Part shown: positions 23,685 through 35,792 of the stretch, piece by piece
Layout: the number at the start of each line of letters is the position of its first letter
How positions within the stretch are numbered: position 1 is the stretch's first letter
From: Vitrella brassicaformis CCMP3155
Taxonomy: Eukaryota > Protista > Chromerida
Assembly (NCBI GenBank): GCA_001179505.1
Contig: CDMY01000938.1
Span: 62,001-126,000, forward strand
DNA length: 64,000 nt
Reading direction: 5' to 3'
Program-made: the position numbers and the translations under genes
Notes under the pieces: model-generated
What the model was told of the DNA's origin: nothing
What the model saw: only the letters and a program-made list of their open reading frames with translations
The model's database searches: none

Positions 23685-26600
23685 ATGGACCCTTCGATGA
23701 TGAGCTCTCTTCAACATGACATCGCAGGCGCCTCAGCGACGCAGCAGCAGCAGCCACTCAACCGGCGAGAGGCCAACGCGTCGAGGCAGCTTGCCAGGCC
23801 CGCATTCGATACCGCTCCCAAGGACACTCTCGAGAGGAGTATGCGGCAGGGCGCCGACCGCACCCTCATCCGGCAGGCCTTCGCGGCACTCGTCGAGTCC
23901 GACGCCACGGCCAAGGACATCCGCGAGGAGGTCCTCAAGTACGCCCGTGAGGAGGGCCGCGAGCCGAAGCGATTTCTCATCTTCTCCGAGCCGCAGAGCG
24001 GCTTCCGCACCGGCGGCGACACGTACAAGAAGTACATCCCCATCTCGGTGCGGCACGTGGTCATCAACAACTCCCATGTGATCGTTGAGGGGGCCAGTGC
24101 GAGGATCATGGTGCACAAGACCGTCAAGGACGCGGACAAGGCCTATGGGGGGCGGGTGGCGGACAAGCAGACGGCGGGGGAGCCGTGGGAGGACCCCAGT
24201 GTGGTGGTGCTCAAGGTGCGGTACGTCGACGCTTCCCACCCTGACAGGGCTCAGGTCGCTGCGGCCGAGTGAGTTAAGGGTGGAGGGAGGGAGGGAGGGA
24301 GGGAGGGAGCGGGCACAGTCAATACACGAGATGGACACGGACGAGTGGGGGTGTTGTGTTGTGTTGTGTTGTGCGATTGGCTATGGTCAGGGCGTCGGGT
24401 CAGCAGGTGGCTTGGTGCAACAGCACCAGGCTGGCGGCGGCCCTCTTCGAGGACGTCACCCAGCCGTTCGCCGACCGATACCGCCGATCTGCTGCCAAGA
24501 AAGAAGACGTAAGCAAAGCAACCCGTCCGTCCTCACATCCACACACGCACGAACCACACTGATGCGACGCACAGCACATTCTCTGGTTGACCACACTGAT
24601 GCGACGCACAGCACATTCTCTGGTTTAATGTCAGGCCTCTGCTGCGCAAGACCAGCCTTCCATGCCCGCCGACCCCTCCCCCGTCCGTATCCCTCTCACC
24701 CACACCGGCGGACTAGACGCAGCCAACGCACCCAGTTCAGCGGCGGCGGCAGCTGCGTCATCCAGCCAGGAGCCTCACCCGCCCCTCCACCTCATCCCCC
24801 ACCAGCAGCAACGCAAGCGGCTGCCAATGGCCGGCGTGCGTCCCCAGCTGCTGCCCAAGCGCCAGGTGAAGGGCCGCGGCCGCCACAGCGTTGCGATGGC
24901 CCAGGTGGAGGCCGAGCCGTTCTCGCAGCGTGTGGGGCCCAAGGTGATGACAGCCGGGCTCATCCAGCGGCTCCACGACGGGTACCTCAAGAAGCGCATG
25001 ACCGAGGAGGTGGAGGCGAGCCTGGCGCAGGAGTATGGGGTGGAGGTGTCGATGGTGAAGCAGGTGCTGCGGCATTCGCTGGAGGGCTGCAAGGAGGACT
25101 TGGGGGCCTTCTGGCAGGTGGATCGCATGTTGGAAGGGGGGGCCAAGGGCAAGGCCACCTTCGACCAGGAGAGGGCCGCTTGCGAGAAACATGTATGCAA
25201 CAAACCAACGAAACACAAGCGTTAAGGGAAGTGACGCATTCATTATCCTGTTTGTGGCTGCCCGTGTGCTCAGATGGCGGCACTGCAGCTGCAGCTGCAG
25301 CAGCAGCAGCAGCCTGACCCATACGCCAACCTCTACTTCACTGATGTGAGTGTTCCCTCCCACACAGAGAGAGAGGCGCGCGCACAGCCACAGCCACAGA
25401 GATGTGTGTGTGTGTGTGTGTGTGTAGGATGCCCATTCCGAGGAGCATCATCTGCGTGTGGCCATCCAGCAGCTGTGCGAGCGTGTGCCTGGCGTCTACG
25501 GCCTCGTCCCCGACTGCGTGGCGCCTGTGCGCGAGGACTTCCGTGTGGCCATCCATACCTGCCTCCACCACTGGTCGCGACACGTGCTCGTCGAGACACA
25601 TGAAGCTGCCATGGTCAGACAGACAGACAGACAGACAGGCAGGCAGGTGACACACACATGATGTGACAGCCAGGTGCACGTGTGTGTGTTTGGGTATGTT
25701 GACTCACTTCAGAAGGCGATAAGTTTTCTGCATGAGCAGCAGGTGGTGTTGCCCGTGTTGACGTTCGTGAGGGTGACCGACCAGGTCGGCGACCCCGACA
25801 TCGACTCCAAACGCTTGTATGTAAAGACAGACAGACAAAAAGAAGAGAAGAGGCCGTGCCGTGCCGTCTCTTGCTTGCAAGGATGATATGATCAATCCAT
25901 CCATCAGGTTGCCGCGGCCCACTGGTGACGGCGTGTGGCCGGCCGTGCAGGTGTGCCAGTTCCACACACCGCACATCAGCATGTTCTTCGAGGTACACAG
26001 ATACCGAGCACAGCACGCTCAGGCAGCAAGACGGCCACCCAACATGGGTCTCTCTGTGTGTGTGTCGCTTGCCCTGCAGCGTCTGCTGTTCAATTTGATC
26101 ATCTGCGAGACCGTCGATCTGTGCCACCAGCTGGCAAAGTGAGCAAGCAGGAGACAGACAGACACGTACCGAAGAACAGACGACACGCACACGGACAACG
26201 CAATGTGCTCCCCTCCCCTCTCCTTGTCCGCAGGTCGCCCGTGTACGGGAGCGGCGGGTGGCTGTACGTGTCCAAGGACGGCCATATGGTGCAGAACTCC
26301 TATGCTGCGGCCCACCCCATGCAGCAACAGCTGCACCCCCATGGCCATCATGACCACCCCCCGCCACACGCATCTCCACAGCACGTCGGTGCCCCTCGCG
26401 CAGATCTGCACCAGCCGGACCCACACGCGCATGCCATCCCCCCAATGTCGCAGGGGACCCACCCTGACCCTGTGGCTGCTCATTCTGGCGCCGCTGCAGC
26501 TGCTGCGGCGCATCCGGGACATGCACATGTGGCACACCACCATGGTGCTGCTGCTGCTGCTGCTGCTGGGGTCAGTCCGATGGTAAGGATGCGCGCAGAC

Positions 26601-26736
26601 ATCGTCTGTCCGATCTGAGCGAGTGGGCACACGAGCGTGCGCATGTATGTGTGTCTGTGTGTTGTGTGTGCAGGGGGTGGGGCACGCTGCGGCCATGTTG
26701 CAGAAGGCCGACCTGGTGCCGCTGCCGCACGGCTGA
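23685..26736 (+). CDS. Uncharacterised ~730-aa protein containing a stand-alone SMC hinge domain
   Basis: Ten exons join in frame. Exons 25428-26300 encode VYGLVPDCVAPVREDFRVAIHTCLHHWSRHVLVETHEAAMKAISFLHEQQ..LTFVRV...AVQVCQFHTPHISMFFERLLFNLIICETVDLCHQLAK..YVSKDGHMVQ, collinear with the recalled SMC1 hinge. No Walker A/B motif or long coiled coil was seen. Confidence 0.7.
24553..24625. repeat. Perfect tandem duplication (37-bp period) inside an intron
   Basis: accacactgatgcgacgcacagcacattctctggtt occurs at 24553 and 24590. Confidence 0.95.
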
Positions 26737-27196
26737 TGCATTCATTCTGTGTAAAGGCTAGTGACCGAATCCGTGCATGGGGAATGGGATGCACGCAGAG
26801 CAGCAGCTAGCTCCGGCAGACATACTGCTCTCGTCTGTGAGCCGAGCAGAGTGGACGGACTGACTGAGTGAATTGCACAGCACATGAAGGGGACCATTGA
26901 TCGCAGTAAGTCCAGGCATCGCCAGTTCACGAGTCGAACTTCATTGCACAAACCACATAGGCCGGCACACATGCATGAACGTTGCACCGCATTGCACCAG
27001 CTGGGGGGGAAGCTGCAATCATGCCGTCAGATCAGATCAGTCATTCTCCATTCATTGACCGATCGATCACTTCTCGCATCGGTTGCTCTCAGGCAGCCGT
27101 CGCTTGCCCCAGAACTCGCAGCCAAAGATGCCTGCAGGAGTCGCAATGTAATCGAGAAGAGCTTTTGGAGCTTTTGTGACGTGTTTCCACAGTGGA

Positions 27197-28347
27197 TCAT
27201 CCATTTGACCGACCGTAGTAGTCTTTCTCAGGGTTGAAATCTGAGCAATGCATACGAAACAGATCGCATCCATGCGGCATCTCTCACAGATATATGTGAT
27301 GTGATGTGATGTGATGCGATGTGGTGACCCCCCCACCTGGGGGCACGGGGATGGGTGGGATGGTGTACTTGGCTGAGGCCAGGGTGAGGAACTCGTTGAG
27401 CGTCTCGCCCACCTCCTCAACCTCCTCTAATTGACGCTCGGGACGCTGCAACACACACACACACACACACACCTGCAGGCTATGACGACTCCCTTGCGCA
27501 GCGGTAAGGCCTTCACTGACTTGTGAGATGACGGCTTCTCGCAGCTCCGCGAGATGGCCTTTGAGCAGCAGAGGCAGCAGGCGGAGCCGCTCTGTCTTGG
27601 TCGTGTCCTCGAGGTCAATCTTGGCAGACAAGGTCTCCATTTTCTGTGTTAACACACACACACACACACGCACACATCAAGGAGAACTAATTTCCCTGCC
27701 TCCCGTCCCGTCGGTACCTCTTGCATGGGCCTTTAGTACACACACACAGACAGACAGACAGCCAGACAGACAACAGAGCGAGAGCAGAGTGAGGCTTGTC
27801 CACCAACCCACACTGACATGTCAGACATCCACTAGGTACCAACCTGACCTGTAGTAGATGCCTAAGAAGTTGGCCACCGTGCCGCTGTCGTACGTCCCGC
27901 CCTTGAGCTTGCCTGTCTTGAGCTTGTCCAGGATCTTGAGCACATACGGACGGTAGTCGGCGATCTCACCCACCGCCCTCTCGATTTTCTGCTCCTCGCT
28001 CTCGAAGAAGGGCAAACTGATGGCCGATGAAGGGCTCGGAGAGGCCAGCAGGGAAGGGGCGACAAGTGAGCCGAGAGCGATAGAGAGCATCCGCCTGCGT
28101 GGGAGAGTGGACGACTCATCGGCCGTCATCTTGAGCAGTGACGATGATGGCGCGCGGCGGAGAGCGTGACGGAGGCCCATGTGAGAGGCTGAAGGGCTGA
28201 TGAAGGCCTGCAGCAACGCACACTCGCAACATAACAACATGACATGAGATAGATGAGTCAGCCAACTGCGTCCATCACGAGCCTTCATACGTCATGCGAT
28301 GATACTGCGCCGATGGCGCAAAGCATAACAAAGACACCTCTCAGCAT
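27197..28347 (-). CDS. Plastid thylakoid-lumen protein, PsbQ/CyanoQ-like four-helix bundle
   Basis: Signal peptide MLRGVFVMLCAIGAVSSHD|AF, transit peptide, and Tat signal PRRRMLSIALGSLVAPSLLASPSPSSA. Mature helices include KGHLAELREAVISQ|RPERQLEEVEEVGETLNEFLTLA, compared with recalled CyanoQ FGHLERLDAAAKDRN..FDSFLNL. Confidence 0.65.
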
Positions 28348-28534
28348 CTTCACCTTTCGGCCGCACGCGAAGGTGTAGATCTTGCTTTGACGTGCTTCAC
28401 AGCGGCTCACACGTCGATTAAGTCGAATCAAATTGCACGTATGGGTCTCGCCTACAGGCGGTACACGGGTGCACTAAGGCAATGTCGAGTGTTTACGGGG
28501 GACGAGGCAAGAGATGTTGTCAGGTTTTTCGGCG
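28348..28534. promoter_or_regulatory. Probable compact bidirectional promoter (PsbQ-like / acid phosphatase)
   Basis: 187 bp between divergent ATGs. Confidence 0.5.
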
Positions 28535-31500
28535 ATGAATGCAGCGGCTGTGCTCATCGTCGTCCTCGTTCTACCTTGGCAATGCCAAGCGAGGCGCATA
28601 CAGGACGGCAGCCGCCTGGTGTTCGCCGGTACGCACTGCACCGATGCACTGTCGACCACTCATCCACATGAGAAGTGGCTGCACTCCCAGATACACATGG
28701 ATGCATTTCTGTCATGCGATGCAGATGGCACAACGGATAACTTTGATGCGTCCATCACCAACATATCGTCAATCCACGGCGGCATCAGGCTCATCCACCA
28801 CGACACACGGCCCATCGCCAGCACACATGAGGGCCCATCCCTCTGGTCTTTCGGGCGAGATGCGGAGGAGTGCGAGAGGCAGAGCTGTGAAGACGCATCC
28901 TGTCCGCTGACGGGCGACGAGTGGGGGTCCTCGTTCGTCCAGCAGCCGAAAGGGGAGGAAACGTCCAAAAAGATCATCCTGGCAATCGAGCTGTGCCGAC
29001 ACGTACGTATGAGTGGATGGATGGAGTCCGTCATTCGTATGTCTGTGTTGGCTGTGTGGTTTTCGTTGCCTGTCCATGCCTCATATCCACTCAGGGAGCC
29101 CGCGCGCCTTACACGTTTGCCACTCACTCTTTGAAGGATGCTGAGAAGGACTGGATCGGCGGTCGGCAATACCTCAGCGAACTGGGTCAGATCCAGCACT
29201 ACATCCTTGGGAGAATCGTCAGGGAAAAGTACACAGCCCTGTAAGTGGGGGTGTGTATGCCAGGAAGATCGCCAACACGAATGGGAAACAGATACCAGGA
29301 GAATGAAGCAATGAATGGTTGTGTGTTGTTCGTCCATTCAGGGGTCTTCTGAGTCCATCTTACGAGCCTGGAGAGGTGTTCGTCCGAGCCAGCAGCACAT
29401 GGCGGTCCATGATGAGCGCCAATGCACAGATGAGTGGCCTCTACCCAACAGGCTTCTATGTCTTTGGTCCCATGCACACAGCCTGCACTTACTCCTTTAC
29501 GTGCCATCCATGTCTCGTTTCTCTCCCTGCCGGTGTGTCTATTGTCGTCACTCACTTCAGGCAAAGGCAAGCGACTCAACCCTCTCCAGAAAGAGACGCT
29601 TCACACGGTGTACAGGACAGGAACTTCCCCAACCGGCAAGCGCATCCGTGACGTGGTTGGCGCCGGACGCCACCGTGTGAGAGAGCTGCTGACCCCGCAC
29701 TACCTGCGGAAGTTTGCCGAAGACACTGGCCTGGACCTGGAGGACGTCTTAAGCACCGAGGTCTTGCACCTGAACGTCGGCCAGGTACTATGTCAAGCCG
29801 ACGTTCATGGTGTCTTGTGGAGATGACTTGCTCCGCCCGAACACTGTCAGGGCGGATCCGAGAATGTGCCGGTGTTCTCTGCCGACAAGCTCAATGACCA
29901 CCTGATCCTCGCGGTGGAACGTAAGCAGTAAGACCTCCGTCGTTCGTGTTTGCCTTTTATAAGCCTCGGCTGGCCGTATGTGCAGCATTCGGTTGTGACG
30001 GCTATGAGCAAGTGTGGCGGCAGCAGCACGGGTTTCCGATGTTGTACAAGCCGAGTCCAGCTGCGCAGTTCTGTGAGTCGCATTGAAAACGGAGTGAACA
30101 CAATGCCGATCGGCTTACTTGCTGCTGTCTGATGTCCGTCTGTGCCTTTCGATGTGTGGACGAGAAGTCATGGACGTCTATGCTGGCAAGATACGACGCA
30201 CGAAAAAGTTTCTACCTCACCTCTTCAACAAGGCAAGCAAGGCACGGTCCTGCCTATGGCGCATCCACATAGATGCACTCTTCCATCAGACCTTTACCGA
30301 GGTGAGCAACGAGCACCTTGCCGAGTCCAGGTCGCTGGAAGAACACTTCGGCCCCCCCACGGTAACTGACTGACTGACTTACCCTCAAACTGCCCTCACC
30401 AGTCAGTAGTTGTGTGTCCCTTTGTCCAGGTCATACAGGAGTACTGTACATTCGTCACGCCCTATCTGCGGCTTTCCGACGTGGGCGACATCTACGTAGC
30501 CTACAAGGCTGACGGCCGCAACCCTCCCTTCAAGATAGAACCGGAGCTCATCGAGTACGTGAATGAGTGGCACAGGCCGACTGCACCGCACCCCACTGCT
30601 TACCCATCTTTCTGTGTGCATTCAGCGAATGTCTGAACGCGATCGACACGAAGGTGATGGATGGATGGGTGGACAGAGGGGACGGTGCTTTGACGTGTCT
30701 CATTTTGTGTGTGTCCTTGTTGTCCTTCCTTGGGCAGTTCACCTTCGCTTGGGATGATGAGGTCTGTCCACTCACTCATTTCTGACATCCGTCGAGCTGG
30801 GGAGAGACACCGGCCTATGCGTCTCTCCATTGTGTGTAGTTTTTCCCTCGTGTTGCGAGCAGCTTGCTCTTCGAGTTCATCGTCGGCATCTTTCGCGCAC
30901 GAGCATACACCCGCTGCGCGTCGTCCACCCGCTTAATGGGAGATCTTAAAGAATTTCTTCACAGCCGGGTAATAGAGAAGAACGAAAAGAACGAGAAGCA
31001 GCCTTTTCGACTAGAGGGATAGGCACCCATCGCATCACCAAATGCAGTGCACGCTTGTTGTGTGACGTGATGTGTTCCTTTGCAGAGCGCCGCCCTCTCA
31101 GAGATGGACCCGTAGGTCGTTTGGAGTGGCTTGGCTTACCCACATCAATACGACCGGCCTTCGCTGTGTGTGTATATGTCTGTGTGCTCTTTGTGTGTGG
31201 TCGGTCGGTGGTGTCTGTCAGCAACAAGGTGAAGTTCATTCTTCTGTCTGGTCATGATGGCAACGTACTCTCGGCGCTCAGCGTCATGGATTTGGCCCGG
31301 GGGGAAGCTCCTCGCTGTGAGCGAAATGGCTGCCCCCGTCTGCCCTCACATGTCTCTCCCTCCCTCCCTGCCCCCATCTCTGTTTCAGTTGCGGCAAGCC
31401 TCTTCTGGGAGCTCTGGGAGGTCAAGAGAGGCCAGGCCATCCAACACGTCATCAAGGTAGGTCTGACTGGCTCGGCTGTTTCGCCCAGCCGAGATTAATC

Positions 31501-31803
31501 GCCGGTCGTGTGGATGGACAGTCGCGCTTCCTTGTCCTCTCTTCTTCTTCTGTCTTGCATTTAAATCTACCTGAATGGTGAGAAGGTGTCGATGTGCGGC
31601 AACCGCGACTGCACCCTGAAGGAATTCGCCACCAAAATAGAGTACGTCAGTGAGGCAGGCCACGTCAACTTCACTCATTCCTACACGAACGAGTACATGT
31701 GATGTGGCTACACCTGTCTGTCTGTGTGTCTCCGCACAGGAACAAGATGCGAATTTGGCTTGACGGGGAGCAGCCGGCTCATTTGATGTACAACTGGTGG
31801 TGA
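28535..31803 (+). CDS. Secreted or lysosomal histidine acid phosphatase (branch 2)
   Basis: Signal peptide MNAAAVLIVVLVLPWQCQA, RH|GARAP motif split by an intron at 29003, VFVRASSTWRSMMSANAQMSGLYP, the HD motif in FILLSGHDGNV, and C-terminal CGNRDCTLKEF. The final exon is tentative. Confidence 0.85.
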
Positions 31804-32272
31804 GAAGAGAATGTCATTCAGACCACACCACACGATTGCACATCCATGCACGCAATCACCTCGACGCCTTGTCGCCATGCCGCCAATCCCGTGTGAGCGT
31901 GCGGGTGTCTATCCAAGGATACTAAGGGACCTATCGCCGGGGGGGACGAGGCGACCTACAAGATGCGCGAGAACCTGCGAAGGGAACCGCGGAGCTCGAA
32001 AGCCACGTTGTCAGATTTCTCCTACTGCAAAGCTTAGGATTGGGGGGGAGGTTGGGTGCTTTGGGATGGGGGTGTAGGGTGGTAGGGCTACTCTTGGATT
32101 TTTCCCCATCATTTTTTTATGATGGCTTCCGGCTTCATGCACGCAGCCTGCATGCACATATTGACACTTCTGAGGTATGATGTGAAGGGAAGGAATCCGC
32201 ATGGAATTGTGAATAAAGTCCGCAATATGACATCCACGTACCCATCCACGCGCCAACACACGCACCCACACG

Positions 32273-35200
32273 TCATATCTCATCTGGTCGATATAGATTT
32301 TTCGCGAGTGATGTGGCTCTTGGCGCTATGTCAGCTGGCCTCGGCGGCAGCACACGCACCTCCTGCACCCGACCATGCACCCATCCACGCCCACGATTAG
32401 TCAGTTCACGATCAGTCAGTTGACGATCGTGTCTGAACACATACCGGAATGGATGGTGGCTTCGTTTCCATCTTTGGCAGCATCTTGGGCAACCGCACCG
32501 GCATTGGAGCGGGGGCAGATGGCGGCCCCCGCTCGACGGACACAGCTGAACACACGACCGAGAGTGGAGAACAATGTCTCCCCCGTTAGTCCTATGATGA
32601 ACCTTACTTACGTGCAGTGGTGGTGAATCTCTCCTTCTCCTGGCTTGACCTTCGCCTCGCACTAGCCCTGACCTCAATCGCCACAGGTGGCGAGGAAGCC
32701 AGCTTCAGCAAGGGCACTTTCTCCGTAAGCGTGCTCGAAAAGAGAGGCCGCTCCCGTCTCCCCCCAGGCGGCTTGAGCAGGCGGGCCGACGGTTGCGACG
32801 GCTTCTCGAGCACGGGTGGCTTGTCGTCCGCCAACATGGCTGCGGATAATCGTTTTCGATGTTCAAGCGGACTCAAGTGAAACATGTGTGGCTGCCAACT
32901 CACTCTCTGAACCTGCACACCTGAGCTGCCATCCTCCACCAGGGACAGCCGGGAGCCCTCCTGGCCACCGCCAGGGACCAACGCCGCCTCCAGCGTGGCC
33001 TGCTCGGTCTTCTCAATCGAGTCTGCCCGGGAGGGGCGCAGGAGTGTCGGCCGCCTGAAGGCAGGACTGTCAGTGCCCTTTCTGTCTCCATCAGGCTGGT
33101 CACGCGCTGTGGCGGGTGATGGGGGCAGGTCGGCCTCTGCGGTCCTCATATCGGTAGAGAGGCGCGCCGTGAGGAGGGGGGAGGGGAGGCTGGGCTCACG
33201 GGCTGGCACGAGAGTCGAGAATCGGCTCTTGACTGCACCACAAAGCAGACACCGTATATGTACCTATAGTGCCAGTGGTGGCTGTCCTCTTGCGTGCCTT
33301 TTCTTTTCCTCCTGGACCAGAGGTACGGCTCAGCAAGCACCTGAGTAAAGTGATGCACACGAGATGCATGTGACTGATGCCATGTAGAGCAGCACTGACA
33401 TTCATTTCCATGTCGAGGTTTTGCTTACTTGGCTCTCCATGATGAGGTCCATGTGGCAGTGCTGCCTGGCCTCCTTCTCGCCCAGCAGAGAGGCGAACGA
33501 GAAGTAAAGGAGGCCGTCAGCACCGACCTGGCCCATCCATCCATCCATCCATCCATCACACAAGTGAATGACGCAGTACTGTACACGCACAGCTGTCGGT
33601 GTGCTGAGATGCATGGTGCGTGCCTTGTAGTGGAGAGCGATATAGTCATTGTCGGAAAGGAAGAGCATGGCCTTCATGTCGTCCTTCTCGATACGCTCAA
33701 ACACCTTACGAGATGCCGCTCCAGCCTGTTGCTGCACACATCACACACAGACACACAAACGGATTGTGCCTGCACGTGTATCAGAAGCCCCCAGTAAGTG
33801 TACCTCGACAGCCGGCTGGAAGAGCGTCTTGCGCGCCGATCTCTCACAGCTGAGACCCTGACCGACAAACATGCAGCAAGCAGATGGGTGGTGGGCTCGG
33901 TGTCCGTCTGGCGGTGGCTCGGTCACCTCCCATCCCTCATATGTCGCGCATCGCCAGAAAATCGGCAGGCTGCTCTGGGTCATCAAATAGCTGTTGAAAA
34001 GGCATGCGCAGAGACATGATGCAACAACACACCAAGAAGGGTGGGGAGGTGGGAGGTCTCTCATTCTTACTTACCGATTCGAGCGATAAGCAAGCGAAGT
34101 CACGCTGTCATACCTACAGGCAGACATGAGCACAGCACACGGGAAGGCAAGGTACACATCCGTAAGTGCGTGTCTCTCCCTCCGCTCGTGTGAGTGAGTG
34201 CGTACGGACTTGACAGATCTGAGCAAAACGTTGAACACGCCGGGAGGGTACACAAACTGCTGCAGCACGCTGCGCAGGAGAGACCGGAGGATGCAGAGAA
34301 GCGAAGCAGGTCAGGCAGGCAGACCATTAGCGTGGGTGGAATGAATGCAGCAGACCGTCTGTTGTCCTTCCTACCCAGAGAAACGCTCATTCAGCTTGCC
34401 ATGCACAAATCGCCTGCACAAAGAACACAAGGACATGTCTCTCGCCCGCCCGCCCGCCGGCCCTCTGCTAAGGTTGCGCACTCACTTGACACTATCAGAC
34501 GAGAGGAAATCGGCGGTCCTGATGGGACACCGGTCCTCGGGAAACTGCCTGCACAGAACACGCCCGCCCCGTGTCTGTCTTTACATACCGCCCACCCATC
34601 GTGCGTGTCGTTTTGTTGTGTCTCCTTCCTTACGATGCCCCCGGCAGCCAGACAGCGGCCACGTCCGCCCGCCCTGGTGGAGTTCTGTCGTAGCACAGGG
34701 CGGTCAACACCGCATCAAAATTCAGACTCTCCGGTCTTTTGCGCAGTATCGACCCTGCAGGCGCAAAGAAACACCATCGACAGACATGATTCGACCGTGA
34801 TTGAGGAACGAACGCGTGTTTGGTGTCACTCACTCACCGCACTCACTCACCGTCTCTGGCTGAGGAGAAGTACCATGCGTAGAGCTTTCCCCGGATGATA
34901 ACGATTGTGTGTGGGAGGCGGAAGCCGAAGCGGCGGTAGAAGTGGCCGAACCCTCGGATGGAGTTGCTCAGCCGCCACAGCAGCTCATACATCTGGCAGG
35001 AGTGGGAATGGGTGGGTGTGGCATGCAGTGCGGTGGCCATCTATCTGTCTGCAATGATCGAATGGCATGCACTGCACTGCGCTGCGTGTGCCCGTACCTC
35101 AATGATGCACTCACAGGAATTCGCTGCACACACACACACACAGGCAGACAGACAGACAGACGCATAGACAGACAGGCGGACGCCAACCAAACAACAGAGA

Positions 35201-35455
35201 GAACGATGAGGAAGAGGAGACGGCATGGCAATTACGTACAGGCCCACCCATCTCGGTCGATTTGATCTTCTGGTAGTACATGGGCGTCTTGTCGTGCAGA
35301 GGCGACAGGTTCTGGCTCTCGCTCTTGGTGGGCGTCCTCTTCATGCGATACGACAGCGTCGACTGACGCTTGTACCTGTGCCTTACAGGCACTGTCTTGG
35401 CACACACAGGCGCCGCTTCGCTGCCAGACGACGCATCCATTCCGCGTTCGACCAC
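32273..35455 (-). CDS. Conserved uncharacterised protein, possible ATP-grasp-like fold, with low-complexity C-terminal region
   Basis: In-frame spliced exons: FRLPHTIVIIRGKLYAWYFSSARD|GSILRKRPESLNFDAVL..|LQQFVYPPGVFNVLLRS|YDSVTSLAYRSN|..LPIFWRCATYEG..|IALHYKAR|VGADGLLYFSFASLL. The 3' exons run on to RPDEI* at 32273. Confidence 0.6.
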
Positions 35456-35792
35456 GGCAACTTAGTATACTAGCGTCGGCACGGCTGGAGAAACCGGGCC
35501 ACCAACCACTGGGAAGACGACTCGGCGGATCATTCTGTGGGGGCCTGTGGGGGCAAGGACGCGCCCCTTCCACCGTTCCTCTACCGCCCTCGTCACGCCA
35601 GCCTGCTGCCGTGGCAGGGCTGAGCTGCCCTGATGCCTTGCACTGCTTCTCTGCAGTGCTCATCAGCGGTGGGGGGCTCTGAGACGGCATTCCGGTGCGT
35701 TATTGACCGATTCTCTGCCGCTCCCGGCGCGTCACATGATTGCCCTGGCAGGGCTGCACTGCTGGAGTGTGCTGCCTGGCTGTGCTGGGCTA

